From an uncultured Candidatus Saccharibacteria bacterium (GTDB lineage Bacteria; Patescibacteriota; Saccharimonadia; Saccharimonadales; CAZPPF01), in the NCBI GenBank assembly GCA_964588395.1, contig CAZPPF010000004.1:1-48237 (forward strand): a stretch of DNA of 48,237 bases, written 5' to 3'. Positions 18,742 through 28,586 of the stretch are shown here, piece after piece. The first letter of the stretch is position 1, and each line of letters begins with the position of its first letter. Below the pieces are notes generated by a model that saw only the letters and a list, made by a program, of their open reading frames with translations, was not told the DNA's origin and did not search any database. The translations under genes and the position numbers were made by a program.

Positions 18742-19734
18742 ATGGTTAAGCTTAGTGAGCGACAGGTCGGTTTAGAAAAACACGAGTTCATTCGTGCGCT
18801 TTTGGGCGTGGCCAGGCACGCTCCTTCAAGCCACAACACCCAACCTTGGAAGGTCAAAATCCAAAAAAATCAGCTTGTTATAGGCTATGCTCCAAATAGA
18901 CAGCTAACCGTAGGTGATCCAACAAAGCGCGAGCTGTTTATAAGCCTTGGCTGCTTTATTGAGACCCTCGTTCTTGCGGGCAAAGATATGGGATATGAGG
19001 CTACTTATGCGTTTAAAGGTTCTAGTCCAGATAATGTTGCCTTGCTGACTTTCGAAAAAATTGGCACGAGTCGTGAGGAGTTTTGGTTGCCACTCATCAA
19101 GCACCGGCGGTCTAATAGACGTCTGTACCAGGCAAAAGCGATTTCATCGAAACATTTGGCTGAGCTTGAAGTTTTGTCTGATGAAACGGCAAAACTACGA
19201 TTATTTACTGAGCCGAAAGATATAGCAGCCCTAACAAAAGCTACTTACGATGCAACCTATCACGCCATGTCGAATCCGGCATTTCGGGCAGAACTTGCCA
19301 GCTGGGTCAGAAACAACTGGACTCGCCAACCCGACGGCATGCCAGCCTATACGCAAGGAATTCCAGGACCTGTCTCGCTCGTAGCCAAGGTTGTTATCAA
19401 AAAGAACAAGAAAGTGGCCAAAGACCAGGCAAAAAAGGATTCAAAACGAGTGGAGCATTCGGCGGCTATTGGCTTAATTTGTGTAGATAAAGAGACTCCC
19501 GCCGCTTGGATTGAGGCTGGTCGACTGTATCAAAAAGCTTGTCTAACTGCCGAGGCAAACCACATACACACTAGTGCTATTAGTGCAGCGGTCATAGTTC
19601 CGGAGACCGTCAGTAGGATCAAGAAGAAACTGAGTATACATAACGAGCCAATCGTGTTGCTGCGCTTTGGCTTTGTCAAAAAGACTGTTAAACCCACGCC
19701 ACGACTTTCGGTAGACCAGCTACTCAAGGACTAA
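18742..19734 (+). CDS. Acg-like nitroreductase-family (FMN-binding) protein
   Basis: APSSHNTQPW, DPTKRELFISLGCFIE, RRSNRRLY, WIEAGRLYQ, LRFG...PTPR. Confidence 0.85.
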   Translation: MVKLSERQVGLEKHEFIRALLGVARHAPSSHNTQPWKVKIQKNQLVIGYAPNRQLTVGDPTKRELFISLGCFIETLVLAGKDMGYEATYAFKGSSPDNVALLTFEKIGTSREEFWLPLIKHRRSNRRLYQAKAISSKHLAELEVLSDETAKLRLFTEPKDIAALTKATYDATYHAMSNPAFRAELASWVRNNWTRQPDGMPAYTQGIPGPVSLVAKVVIKKNKKVAKDQAKKDSKRVEHSAAIGLICVDKETPAAWIEAGRLYQKACLTAEANHIHTSAISAAVIVPETVSRIKKKLSIHNEPIVLLRFGFVKKTVKPTPRLSVDQLLKD

Positions 19735-19736
19735 GA

Positions 19737-21251
19737 TTACTTTTTGACCCATTTTTGTTTGCCTTTACCATCGAAGTGCAGAGCATGTTCGTTTGGCCAA
19801 AAGATAATCTTGGGCCAGATTTTACTGCCGTAGGTCGCGTAGTTACTGGTATATTCAGTGTTTTCTTCTAAAAGCACTTTGACAATTGCAATCCTAATTT
19901 GACGGCTTAGCAGGCTGGAGGGCGAAACATTTCGTCTAAGCTCAAGGTTAACAATAAGTTTGCTGTTTTGTTTGCGATCCGTCTTGACCTCCATAGTGAA
20001 TTTTCCAGTAAGTGCACGATGAAAGGCCTTTTCAAGCAAAGCTTTACGGATTTCTTCGGCATGAATAATGGCGCCCACTAGTGTGACAGAGAAGTCACTG
20101 CGTTCATACAAATAGACCAAAGGCAGGTTCCATAATGTATTTTCCAGGCCGGTCCGCTTTATATTTGTTATAAAATTCTTGCCAGATTTCTTATATAAAT
20201 TTTGGACCTGATTGAGCGTTAGAATGCCGCCGTTGTCTTTGAGGTCATAGCGAACTAAGGGCAATCCACTATAGCTTGAACAATACAGTTTGCCTGCAGC
20301 TTCTTCGAAGTAGAAAAGTTCTGGGAGATATTGTGTCAGTGTAGGCAGTTTAGTAATGGCTCCGAACATACCTTTAAAAAGTTCTTTGTCTTTCACGGCC
20401 TGTCGCCGTACCATGATTGACGCTGGTGTTTCATGGCTCATGGTGCCCAAATCCACTGTCCCATAATGGTTCAGTGTAGAGGTGTAGATATTGGCTAGCT
20501 TGGCATGTTTAGCAATGTAGTCTCTAAAGTTCTCGCTAAAACCTTCGGCCGAAAACACAACTCCCAAATTATAGTCTGACCAATTCAGACCTTCTTCGAT
20601 ACCAATATCAATAATATCTTTGAGTATGGGCGGGTACGAGCCAATAATGACTTGGTCGAAGTGCGGTCCTAGGCGGCGTACCTCGTTGATAACTTCATGT
20701 TTATTGATACCTGGGGTAATAATACTCAGTGAATAGCCTTTCTCGGCCACCTTTTTGACAGCCTCGTAGGTAAATAAACCACCTATCCAAGCACCCATGG
20801 CAAACGCATCAATGTACAGAGTCGTTTTCTTGTCTATACCAAAATTGCTACGCAAATAGAGCTCAGCGGTCAGTGCATAGTACTCATCTTGTATATCTGT
20901 ACGTGGAAAGTAAAATGGTTCGCCTGTAGAGCCGGATGTTGCGCTGATTACCCAGCTTTTCTCCGGCAACTCTCCATCCCAACATAAATCTTTGAGCGGA
21001 TATTTTCTTAAGTAGTTATCTTTGTCTATGGGCAAAATCTTTTTGAAATCTTGAATAGTTTTAACAGAAGCGGGGTTATATAGATGCCGTTTTAGAAAAT
21101 CTTTATAAGCAGGTACCCTCTGGGACATTTCGTGAAACAGCTCAAGCGCCATGTCTTCCCCGCGCTTAATCCAAAAGCGTTCGGGCTTGGTCTTTAGAGC
21201 GTGTTCGAGCTTTTCGGTATTGCTTAAGATTCGAGGAAGCCGGTCTCTCAT
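19737..21251 (-). CDS. phenylacetate-CoA ligase (PaaK)-like adenylate-forming enzyme
   Basis: VPAYKDF, SATSGSTGEP, YGTVDLG, PLVRYDLKD, ERSDF. Confidence 0.85.
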   Translation of the reverse strand: MRDRLPRILSNTEKLEHALKTKPERFWIKRGEDMALELFHEMSQRVPAYKDFLKRHLYNPASVKTIQDFKKILPIDKDNYLRKYPLKDLCWDGELPEKSWVISATSGSTGEPFYFPRTDIQDEYYALTAELYLRSNFGIDKKTTLYIDAFAMGAWIGGLFTYEAVKKVAEKGYSLSIITPGINKHEVINEVRRLGPHFDQVIIGSYPPILKDIIDIGIEEGLNWSDYNLGVVFSAEGFSENFRDYIAKHAKLANIYTSTLNHYGTVDLGTMSHETPASIMVRRQAVKDKELFKGMFGAITKLPTLTQYLPELFYFEEAAGKLYCSSYSGLPLVRYDLKDNGGILTLNQVQNLYKKSGKNFITNIKRTGLENTLWNLPLVYLYERSDFSVTLVGAIIHAEEIRKALLEKAFHRALTGKFTMEVKTDRKQNSKLIVNLELRRNVSPSSLLSRQIRIAIVKVLLEENTEYTSNYATYGSKIWPKIIFWPNEHALHFDGKGKQKWVKK

Positions 21252-22366
21252 TTTGGACCATCCATCATCCCCTGGTACTTCTTGAGTTCGGCTTGATGGG
21301 TATCGCTTAAGTGCTCTTTGTCAATTTTTTCATCCAAAGAAATCAGTATTCGTCCATCTTTTATTTTTTCGCCGAGAAGAATTTTGCGAGTAACATACGC
21401 CAGTGTTATTCCGGACAATGCTGCAGCGCCGCCGAGTTGTGGCCAACTTGGCAAACTTTTGCCCACTTCAGCGAGCGACTGATACATCCGAAGTGGAACA
21501 TTCTCTGCTCCTACAAAATAGCGCCCTATCATCATGCCGAGTTCAGGCCTTGATAGGGTTTCGGATTTAATCTTGGCCAGCACTTCATCTGGTATTCGGC
21601 CATTGAAGATTGCTGTTTTGGGATCTAAGTCATAACGATCTATGTCAATCAGGGCATTATCACCATCATCAGCTGCCATGATGACTGGTAGTTTTCGGTC
21701 TCGAGCGGCTTCGCGCAGCAATATCTTCATCCGCAGTTCGTCCATTTCATCAACGATGACATCTGGTTTATGCGTATCCAAAATTTCTGGTAAGTTTGTT
21801 TCGTTTAAACCTCTAAAATAACCAACAACCTCTATAAACGGATCAATTTCCCAGACCTTTCTCGAGATTGCCTCCACTTTGTGAAGACCAACATGGTGGT
21901 ACGGTGAGCGAATCCTATTAAGATTACTCGGTTCAATTACGTCCATGTCTACTAAAACCAGCTTTTGGCCAATACCTTGCGACACGAGAGCTTCAACCAC
22001 ATTACTGCCGACGCTCATGCCCACAATAACAACAGTCGCACCGTATAATTTGTTCTGCTCGTCAGCGGTTATCAAGTTACGATTGCGTGACGTTCTGAGG
22101 CTTCGGAAGGCTTCAACAGGAGGAAAATGTACAACTTTATTGAGCCACGGGTAGTATACCCACTGTCCCCAGTCATTAGGGTGGTCAGCTGTAATTTCAG
22201 TGCCGAAGCCACGCACCTCATCCTTGGTCTTTGTATCCTTTTTTTCGGGGTGGCGAATGTCAAAAAGCTCATCTATTGCGAGTTCTATAGTGTCGTCAAC
22301 AATCAGCTGCGGGTTTTCTTGCTTGAGTGAGTCTAGGTCGTTATGTGTATAGAGTATGGGTTTCAT
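21248..22366 (-). CDS. ThiF-family adenylyltransferase (Rv1355c N-terminal-like)
   Basis: WVYYPW, RNRNLIT..EQ, VGMSVGS, DMDVIEPSNLNR, DEMD...K...R, WPQLGG; overlaps the next gene (ATGA). Confidence 0.88.
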   Translation of the reverse strand: MKPILYTHNDLDSLKQENPQLIVDDTIELAIDELFDIRHPEKKDTKTKDEVRGFGTEITADHPNDWGQWVYYPWLNKVVHFPPVEAFRSLRTSRNRNLITADEQNKLYGATVVIVGMSVGSNVVEALVSQGIGQKLVLVDMDVIEPSNLNRIRSPYHHVGLHKVEAISRKVWEIDPFIEVVGYFRGLNETNLPEILDTHKPDVIVDEMDELRMKILLREAARDRKLPVIMAADDGDNALIDIDRYDLDPKTAIFNGRIPDEVLAKIKSETLSRPELGMMIGRYFVGAENVPLRMYQSLAEVGKSLPSWPQLGGAAALSGITLAYVTRKILLGEKIKDGRILISLDEKIDKEHLSDTHQAELKKYQGMMDGPK

Positions 22367-22424
22367 GCACCAAATACTTCGGTTTTACTGGTATCCATAT
22401 TATGATAACAAAGAGCAACCTCAA

Positions 22425-23546
22425 ATGAACAAGTTTATTGCAGATCGATTGGGCAATTTTGATAGTAGTAAAATACGGCTGGCTTTTGAATTAGCTGAAG
22501 ATATTCCTAATCCCATTGATTTAAGTATTGGTTATCCGGAAGATAATTCACCCTCCTATGTCAAGGATGCGGGTATCAAAGCCATTGAAGAAAACAAAAC
22601 ACGCTACATTGCATCTAGCGGATTATCAGAGCTTCGTCAGGCCATCGCTCAAAAACTTCAGAAAGAAAATGGCATTAAAACACAGGTAGGTAATGTCCTA
22701 GTAACACCAGGAGTAACCACGGGAATTCTCTTGAGTTATCTAGCGGTGCTAAACCCGAGCGACGAGGTATTGTTGCCAGATCCTTTTTTTCCGCCCTATC
22801 GAGATTTGGCACGAATGCTGGGAGCTGTGCCGCGTTTTATTGATACTGCCCCCTCATTTCAACTAACTGCCGAAAATATTGAACCACTAATTACTCCAAA
22901 ATCGAAAGTACTTGTTATTAATTCTCCTAATAATCCAAGCGGTGCTATCTACCCAGAAGCCGAACTCCGAAAAATTGCTGATTTGGCAAAAAGACATGAT
23001 CTCTTGGTAATTTCTGACGAAGTGTATGAATACTTTTCCTATGATGAGCCGCATTTTAGTATTGGCAGCGTCTACCCTAATACGCTCACGCTTAATGGTT
23101 TATCCAAAAGTTACGCTATGACTGGTTGGCGAGTTGGATATATCAATGGGCCAGCAGAGATTGTGGCAGCAATTAATGAACTGCAGCAGTACATCGTCTT
23201 TTCATCATCATCGATTGCGCAATATGCTGCCCTCCCTGCTTTTTCGCATGATCCTTCTGAGATGGTTGCCAAGTACAAAGGAAAGCGCAATCATGCCAAA
23301 GAAATTTTAAATAAGGCATTTCCCGATATATATGGGGCACAAGGTGCTTTTTATTTTTTCTTAAAATTGCCTCATGGCGCTAAAGACACTAATTTTGTAA
23401 ATCGTTTGACACACCGAGGCTTGATTATTCTACCGGGTGGTGCTTTCTCAGAACATGATGATTATGTGAGAGTATCTTTTGCGGCTGAAACTGATAACCT
23501 AGACAAGGGCTTAGAACTTTTATGCGAATCAGTAAAAGCTCTTTAA
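22425..23546 (+). CDS. PLP-dependent aminotransferase class I/II
   Basis: DLSIGYP, INSPNNPSG, SDEVY, SKSYAMTGWRVG, GAFY; likely start MNKFIAD at 22425. Confidence 0.92.
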   Translation: MNKFIADRLGNFDSSKIRLAFELAEDIPNPIDLSIGYPEDNSPSYVKDAGIKAIEENKTRYIASSGLSELRQAIAQKLQKENGIKTQVGNVLVTPGVTTGILLSYLAVLNPSDEVLLPDPFFPPYRDLARMLGAVPRFIDTAPSFQLTAENIEPLITPKSKVLVINSPNNPSGAIYPEAELRKIADLAKRHDLLVISDEVYEYFSYDEPHFSIGSVYPNTLTLNGLSKSYAMTGWRVGYINGPAEIVAAINELQQYIVFSSSSIAQYAALPAFSHDPSEMVAKYKGKRNHAKEILNKAFPDIYGAQGAFYFFLKLPHGAKDTNFVNRLTHRGLIILPGGAFSEHDDYVRVSFAAETDNLDKGLELLCESVKAL

Positions 23547-23597
23547 GCGCTTCGTTTAATAAGGTATATAATATAATTTAATTAAGGCGAGATTTGT

Positions 23598-23966
23598 ATG
23601 CCCAAGATTGCGATTGTTGAGGACGACCAAGCCATTTCCCAGATGTACCGCATCAAGTTTGAAGCGGAAGGCTATGTGGTTGAGACTGCTGAGAACGGCA
23701 AATTGGGCCTTGATCTGGCTGAAACCATGAAGCCAGATATTATTTTGCTGGACCTTATGATGCCCGAAATGACCGGTGATGAAATGTTAGATGTGATGCG
23801 TAAAACCGACTGGGGCAAAGACATTAAGGTTGTGATCCTAACTAACGTCGGTGAGCAAGAATTACCAGAGACCGTGAAGCAACTGGGTGTTAGTGCTGTA
23901 ATCTTGAAAGCTGACATGACCCCTCGCCAAGTTGCCGAACTTGTCAAAACCCAACTGGCTGCCTGA
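23598..23966 (+). CDS. single-domain response regulator (receiver)
   Basis: IVEDD, LLDLMMP (phospho-Asp), LTN, LKA. Confidence 0.93.
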   Translation: MPKIAIVEDDQAISQMYRIKFEAEGYVVETAENGKLGLDLAETMKPDIILLDLMMPEMTGDEMLDVMRKTDWGKDIKVVILTNVGEQELPETVKQLGVSAVILKADMTPRQVAELVKTQLAA

Positions 23967-23986
23967 ATCCTGATACAATAAACCTT

Positions 23987-25288
23987 ATGAAAATCGCCAT
24001 ATTGGGCTTTGGTTTACAGGGCCGCTCGGCCTATGAGTATTGGAACAACTCTGGGAATCAGGTCACAGTTTGTGACATGAGCGAATCATTGGACTTGCCA
24101 GATGGTGTCGAGGCTAGGCTCGGGCCGGACCACCTAAAAAATCTGGACGGTTTCGATCTGATTGTGCGTTCTCCCGTGGTGCACCCCAAAGATATTGTGG
24201 CAGCTAACTCAGCCGAAATTCTAGAAAAAGTCACAACGGTGACCAATGAATTTATGAAAGTTTGTCCCACTCGTAATATCATTGGCACAACGGGTACCAA
24301 AGGTAAGGGGACCACCTCTACATTGATCACCAAGATGTTAGAAACGGCTGGTAAACGTGTGCATTTGGGCGGAAATATTGGCACGCCACCACTTGACTTG
24401 TTGCACGAAGATATCCAGTCGGACGATTGGGTTGTTTTGGAACTGGCCAACTTCCAGCTGATTGATTTGAAATATTCCCCTCCTCTGGCGGTTTGTTTGA
24501 TGGTTGTGCCTGAGCATATGGACTGGCATAAGGATATCGACGAGTACATCACTGCCAAACAACAGTTGTTCGTGCATCAAGCCGCCGAGGACACAGCCGT
24601 CTACTATGCAGCCAACGATTATTCTCAGCACATTGCCGGTGTAAGCCCTGGGCAAAAGGTTCCATATATGAAAAGTCCTGGTGCTGATGTACTGGAAGGT
24701 AACGTGGTGATTGATAACCAAATTATTTGTGGGGTTGATGAAATTAAACTACTCGGCAAGCATAATTGGCAAAATGTCTGTGCTGCAGTAACTGCCTTTT
24801 GGCAAGTCGAGCAAAACACTGAAGCCGCTCGACAAGTACTGACAACATTTACCGGCCTCGAGCACCGCTTGGAGTTTGTTCGAGAGTTTGATGAAGTGAA
24901 GTATTATGATGATTCGTTTGGCACGACACCAGAGACAGCAATGGTAGCTATAGAAGCCTTTGAGCAGCCGAAAGTTGTGATTTTGGGCGGATCAGATAAG
25001 GGTGCCTCATATGAAGGCCTCGCCAAGACGATCAAAGAGAATAACGTCCGCTCTGTAGTACTCATTGGTGACACTGCGCCAGCCATCCGGAAGGCGTTGG
25101 AAGAGGCCGGCTTTACTAACATTGTGGATGGTGGCAGTATCATGCCGAAAATTCTTGAAACAGCTCGCAATCAGGCCAAATCAGGCGACATTGTGCTGCT
25201 CTCGACTGGCTGCGCTAGTTTTGGATTGTTCAAAAACTACAAAGATCGGGGCGAACAGTTTAGGGCGAACGTACAAGCAGTCGCTTAA
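23987..25288 (+). CDS. murD: UDP-N-acetylmuramoyl-L-alanine--D-glutamate ligase
   Basis: GTKGKGTT, GGNIG, PEHMDWH, GLEHRLE, ILGGSDKG, LLSTGCASFG...RG. Confidence 0.95.
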   Translation: MKIAILGFGLQGRSAYEYWNNSGNQVTVCDMSESLDLPDGVEARLGPDHLKNLDGFDLIVRSPVVHPKDIVAANSAEILEKVTTVTNEFMKVCPTRNIIGTTGTKGKGTTSTLITKMLETAGKRVHLGGNIGTPPLDLLHEDIQSDDWVVLELANFQLIDLKYSPPLAVCLMVVPEHMDWHKDIDEYITAKQQLFVHQAAEDTAVYYAANDYSQHIAGVSPGQKVPYMKSPGADVLEGNVVIDNQIICGVDEIKLLGKHNWQNVCAAVTAFWQVEQNTEAARQVLTTFTGLEHRLEFVREFDEVKYYDDSFGTTPETAMVAIEAFEQPKVVILGGSDKGASYEGLAKTIKENNVRSVVLIGDTAPAIRKALEEAGFTNIVDGGSIMPKILETARNQAKSGDIVLLSTGCASFGLFKNYKDRGEQFRANVQAVA

Positions 25289-25907
25289 GTTGCTCTATGA
25301 CTGGTTGTTCAGGCTGCAATACTTGTGCTCGCCCGTTTGCGATTTCTTTGATAAGTTTTTCGATCCAATGATAGTGAGTACAACCAAGCACAATCACGTC
25401 AGCTCCTTGGTTCAGAGCCTCTTCTATTCTATCTTCAATATGATTACGATCGACCTGGTTTGACTCAATCATGCTCGTCCAGTCGCTACAGTCCGGTTCA
25501 ACCACTTTTTTGCCTTGTGCGTAGGTATCCTTGAGCCATTGGTAGCGATTGCTCGCCAAAGTAGCTGGAGTTGCACAGACTGCAATGACTCCACTTTTGG
25601 TTTGTTCTGCTGCCGGTTTGACCATGGGCTCTAAACCAATCAATGGAACGGGCAGGGAAGCTCGCAAATCTTCGATGATAGTGGTAGTAACAGTGTTGCA
25701 AGCGATCACAATGATATCGCAGGATTTACTTAACGTGTTAAGTATTGGCAGGGAAAGGGCTTTGAGTTCTTCTGGTGTCTTGGTGCCGTACGGCAAATGC
25801 TCTTTGTCATCTACATCTATCACGTGCCAGTCAGGAAACGCTTTTCGAATAGCAGCTGCTACTGATTTGCCCCCGACGCCACTATCAAATACTCCAATAG
25901 TTTTCAT
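25260..25907 (-). CDS. murI: glutamate racemase
   Basis: FDSGVGG, PYG, IACNT, VLGCTHY. Confidence 0.95.
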   Translation of the reverse strand: MKTIGVFDSGVGGKSVAAAIRKAFPDWHVIDVDDKEHLPYGTKTPEELKALSLPILNTLSKSCDIIVIACNTVTTTIIEDLRASLPVPLIGLEPMVKPAAEQTKSGVIAVCATPATLASNRYQWLKDTYAQGKKVVEPDCSDWTSMIESNQVDRNHIEDRIEEALNQGADVIVLGCTHYHWIEKLIKEIANGRAQVLQPEQPVIEQLKRLLVRSP

Positions 25908-26716
25908 TACTCTTCAACAGTTCGCCGCGCAGCCCGAATAACATTGTCAAACAGGGCACAGACCGTTAGGGGACCGACCCCGCCTTTTTGAGGGGTTATG
26001 GTCAGATCGTCGCGCTCGTACACATCGGCTGCCAAATCACCTACCGTCTTGCCTTCTTCGCTGGCAACCCCTGCATCAACCACAACTGCTCCTTGTTTGA
26101 TCATATCTGAATATAAAATTGCCGGGCTACCGGTGGCCGTAATAACAATGTCTGCATCTTTGGTATGCTCAGATAAATCCGCTGCCCCTCGGTCGATGAC
26201 TTCTACATCCAGATCAGACGCTTTGAGCAACTTTTCAAGTGGTGCACCAACCAGTTTGCCGCGTCCAATGAGCAAAATGTGCTTACCATTTAGGTCGACA
26301 TTGTAGCCACTTAAGAGCCACAGAATGGCCATAGGTGTGGCTGGGTCAAACATAGGGTCGTTTCCGAGCGCATCTACATCTTTTTCTGATGCTACCATGT
26401 TCACTATTTCGTCAGTTTGATCGGTATCTTCGAGTGGTAATTGCACAATAATGCCATGGACGCTTGCATCGGTGTTGAGTTTATCAAGCAGCTCGAGAAT
26501 TTCAGACTGACTCACAAAATGGATATCAACTTCAACATCTATATCAGTTCCATAACGCTTCTTGAGACGAACGTAGGTATTAATCACTGGATCATCTTTG
26601 CACTGAATAATTGCTAGTTTGGGCACTATGTCATTGGCCTGACGCAAACCACGCACCGCCTTGGCTTGGCGTTCCTTAATAAAACCAGCCAGTTCTGAAC
26701 CATTGAGTATTTTCAT
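25907..26716 (-). CDS. folD: bifunctional methylenetetrahydrofolate dehydrogenase/cyclohydrolase
   Basis: YVRLK, GIIVQLPL, KDVD, GRGKLVGAP, DAGV, TPQKGGVGPLTV; start reassigned to MKILNG at 26716. Confidence 0.94.
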   Translation of the reverse strand: MKILNGSELAGFIKERQAKAVRGLRQANDIVPKLAIIQCKDDPVINTYVRLKKRYGTDIDVEVDIHFVSQSEILELLDKLNTDASVHGIIVQLPLEDTDQTDEIVNMVASEKDVDALGNDPMFDPATPMAILWLLSGYNVDLNGKHILLIGRGKLVGAPLEKLLKASDLDVEVIDRGAADLSEHTKDADIVITATGSPAILYSDMIKQGAVVVDAGVASEEGKTVGDLAADVYERDDLTITPQKGGVGPLTVCALFDNVIRAARRTVEE

Positions 26717-26743
26717 CAGATATATTCTAGCAGTAAACACTGG

Positions 26744-26847
26744 GCATGGGGTGGTTTCGTGTCGAGGCACCTCTGCAGCCGGGCTGTGATAGCTTATTCA
26801 TCACAACCCGAGCGAGGACAGCGCCAAGAGAGGAAACCACCCCATGC
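26744..26847. ncRNA. structured repeat element, copy A (between divergent folD and histidine kinase)
   Basis: 15-bp perfect inverted repeat (26744-26758/26833-26847) enclosing a core homologous to 40648-40743. Confidence 0.6.
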
Positions 26848-26900
26848 TGAGAATTGCTACCACACCCCTTACGCTTATTGGTATACTTAAAGGAAATATC

Positions 26901-28586
26901 ATGGAACAGACTGAACCGACGCATACCGATCCGGTATTGAAACACAAAACTACAGATTATTTGCGTTTAACTCGTAATTTGCGCTGGATAATTATTGGCC
27001 TGGTTTTGGTTTCGTATCCGCTATTGCCTGGGCAAAATATTCGTGATGTTGCCGTACTGGCACTACTCGCTATTATCTACAACGCGCTCTTACACGTACC
27101 AAAAGTCTTAGATCAGAAGTGGCTCACTGCTACACCAACAATTTTGTTAATCGATAGCGTGTTTGTGCTACTGCTTGTTTCGCAAAGTGCCAATGGACTA
27201 CTAAGTCCCTATGCCAGCTTGCTCATATTCCCCATTATTTCCACGGCATTTTGGTACGGCAATCAGATGGCTGTGGCGGTAGGTGGATTACAGATTTTAC
27301 TTGGTGGCATTCTCGCACTCACGTTGCAATCTACCGAGCCGCTCGACGCCTTCAAGCAATATTGCTTCCGCGTTATAGCTTTCACGGTTGTAGGACTATA
27401 TGTAGCTCGGCTGACACGTACCGATCGGCGCGAGCGGCTCGACTTTGCCGAAAAAGATTTTCAGATTAATAAAGAACGTCAGCAGCTCTTGGCGCTCATT
27501 AACAACATTGCCGATGCAGTTGTCATCGTAGACCAAGTTGGCCAGATTGGCTTATTCAACGAAGTGACCACACAGCTTATCAGCTCAGAGTACGATTTGG
27601 TTGGTAAATCGCTCGGAGAAGTTTTGCACGTTGTGGATGAAAAGGGAGCACCGGTTGATTTGTTGGCGTCAGCTACCGCTACACCACTACGCCGGCGTGA
27701 CCTTAAGCTTGCGCTAAAGGACAGTAGTGAACTTAGTCTTGAGGCAGATATATCTCCATACATTGTCAACCAACAAAATCATGGCTACATTGTTATTTTG
27801 CGCGATATCACCAAGCAAAAAACCTTAGAAGAAGAGCAGGAAGAATTTATATCGGTTGCCTCGCACGAGCTACGCACTCCAATTGCAATTGCCGAAGCTA
27901 ATCTTTCCACCACACTTGCCTCACCCAATGCTCCGTCTGATCCTAGTGTTCACCACATGATTGAGCAGGCGCATAGTAATATTGGATTCATCAGCAACAT
28001 CGTTGATGACCTCACGACCTTATCACGTGCCGAACAAGATCAGCTAGAAGTAGATGTTGATCCGCTCAATCCCAAAGAAATGTTGCAAGAACTATCGGAC
28101 ATTTTCCTGACCCAGGCTCACTTAAAACACCTCGAACTTAGGACCGAAGTAAGTGGTGATTTGAGGCCAATTATCAGCAGCCGTTACCGCATCAAACAAA
28201 TCCTACAAAACTTCGTAGTAAATGCGCTCAAATATACTCAGGAGGGCTCGGTTACGCTGTCGGTAAAGAACGCCGAGCGTGACCAAGACGGCATAATATT
28301 CAGCGTCACAGACACCGGCATTGGCATAGCCGAAACCGACAAAAAAAATATCTTTAACAAATTCTTCCGATCAGAAGATTACCGTACTCGTGAATCAAGC
28401 GGCACGGGCCTGGGACTCTACATTTCTCGGAAATTAGCCGACAGGCTCAATGCCAAGATTTGGTTCGATAGTGAGCTTAAAAAAGGTAGTACCTTTTATC
28501 TTCAGATACCACCCTATAGCCGCCGTAAGGAAGATCACCACAAGGTCGTTAAGGCCGAGAGCCAGAACTTGTTTGAAAGCGTTTAG
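26901..28586 (+). CDS. membrane PAS-domain sensor histidine kinase
   Basis: About 6 TM, PAS (INNIADAVVIVD...LFN...ILRDIT), ASHELRTP, NALKY, DTGIG, GTGLGL; start MEQTEP at 26901. Confidence 0.92.
   Translation: MEQTEPTHTDPVLKHKTTDYLRLTRNLRWIIIGLVLVSYPLLPGQNIRDVAVLALLAIIYNALLHVPKVLDQKWLTATPTILLIDSVFVLLLVSQSANGLLSPYASLLIFPIISTAFWYGNQMAVAVGGLQILLGGILALTLQSTEPLDAFKQYCFRVIAFTVVGLYVARLTRTDRRERLDFAEKDFQINKERQQLLALINNIADAVVIVDQVGQIGLFNEVTTQLISSEYDLVGKSLGEVLHVVDEKGAPVDLLASATATPLRRRDLKLALKDSSELSLEADISPYIVNQQNHGYIVILRDITKQKTLEEEQEEFISVASHELRTPIAIAEANLSTTLASPNAPSDPSVHHMIEQAHSNIGFISNIVDDLTTLSRAEQDQLEVDVDPLNPKEMLQELSDIFLTQAHLKHLELRTEVSGDLRPIISSRYRIKQILQNFVVNALKYTQEGSVTLSVKNAERDQDGIIFSVTDTGIGIAETDKKNIFNKFFRSEDYRTRESSGTGLGLYISRKLADRLNAKIWFDSELKKGSTFYLQIPPYSRRKEDHHKVVKAESQNLFESV

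Noticed and set aside
26744-26847. Known riboswitch (ZTP, THF, glycine), SRP RNA, HDV-like ribozyme or CRP site
   Set aside because: The diagnostic consensus motifs are not present as I recall them. TCCTCGC alone does not give an HDV double pseudoknot, and TGTGA/TCACA spacing is 11 and 9 nt in the two copies rather than 6. An Rfam scan is still needed.
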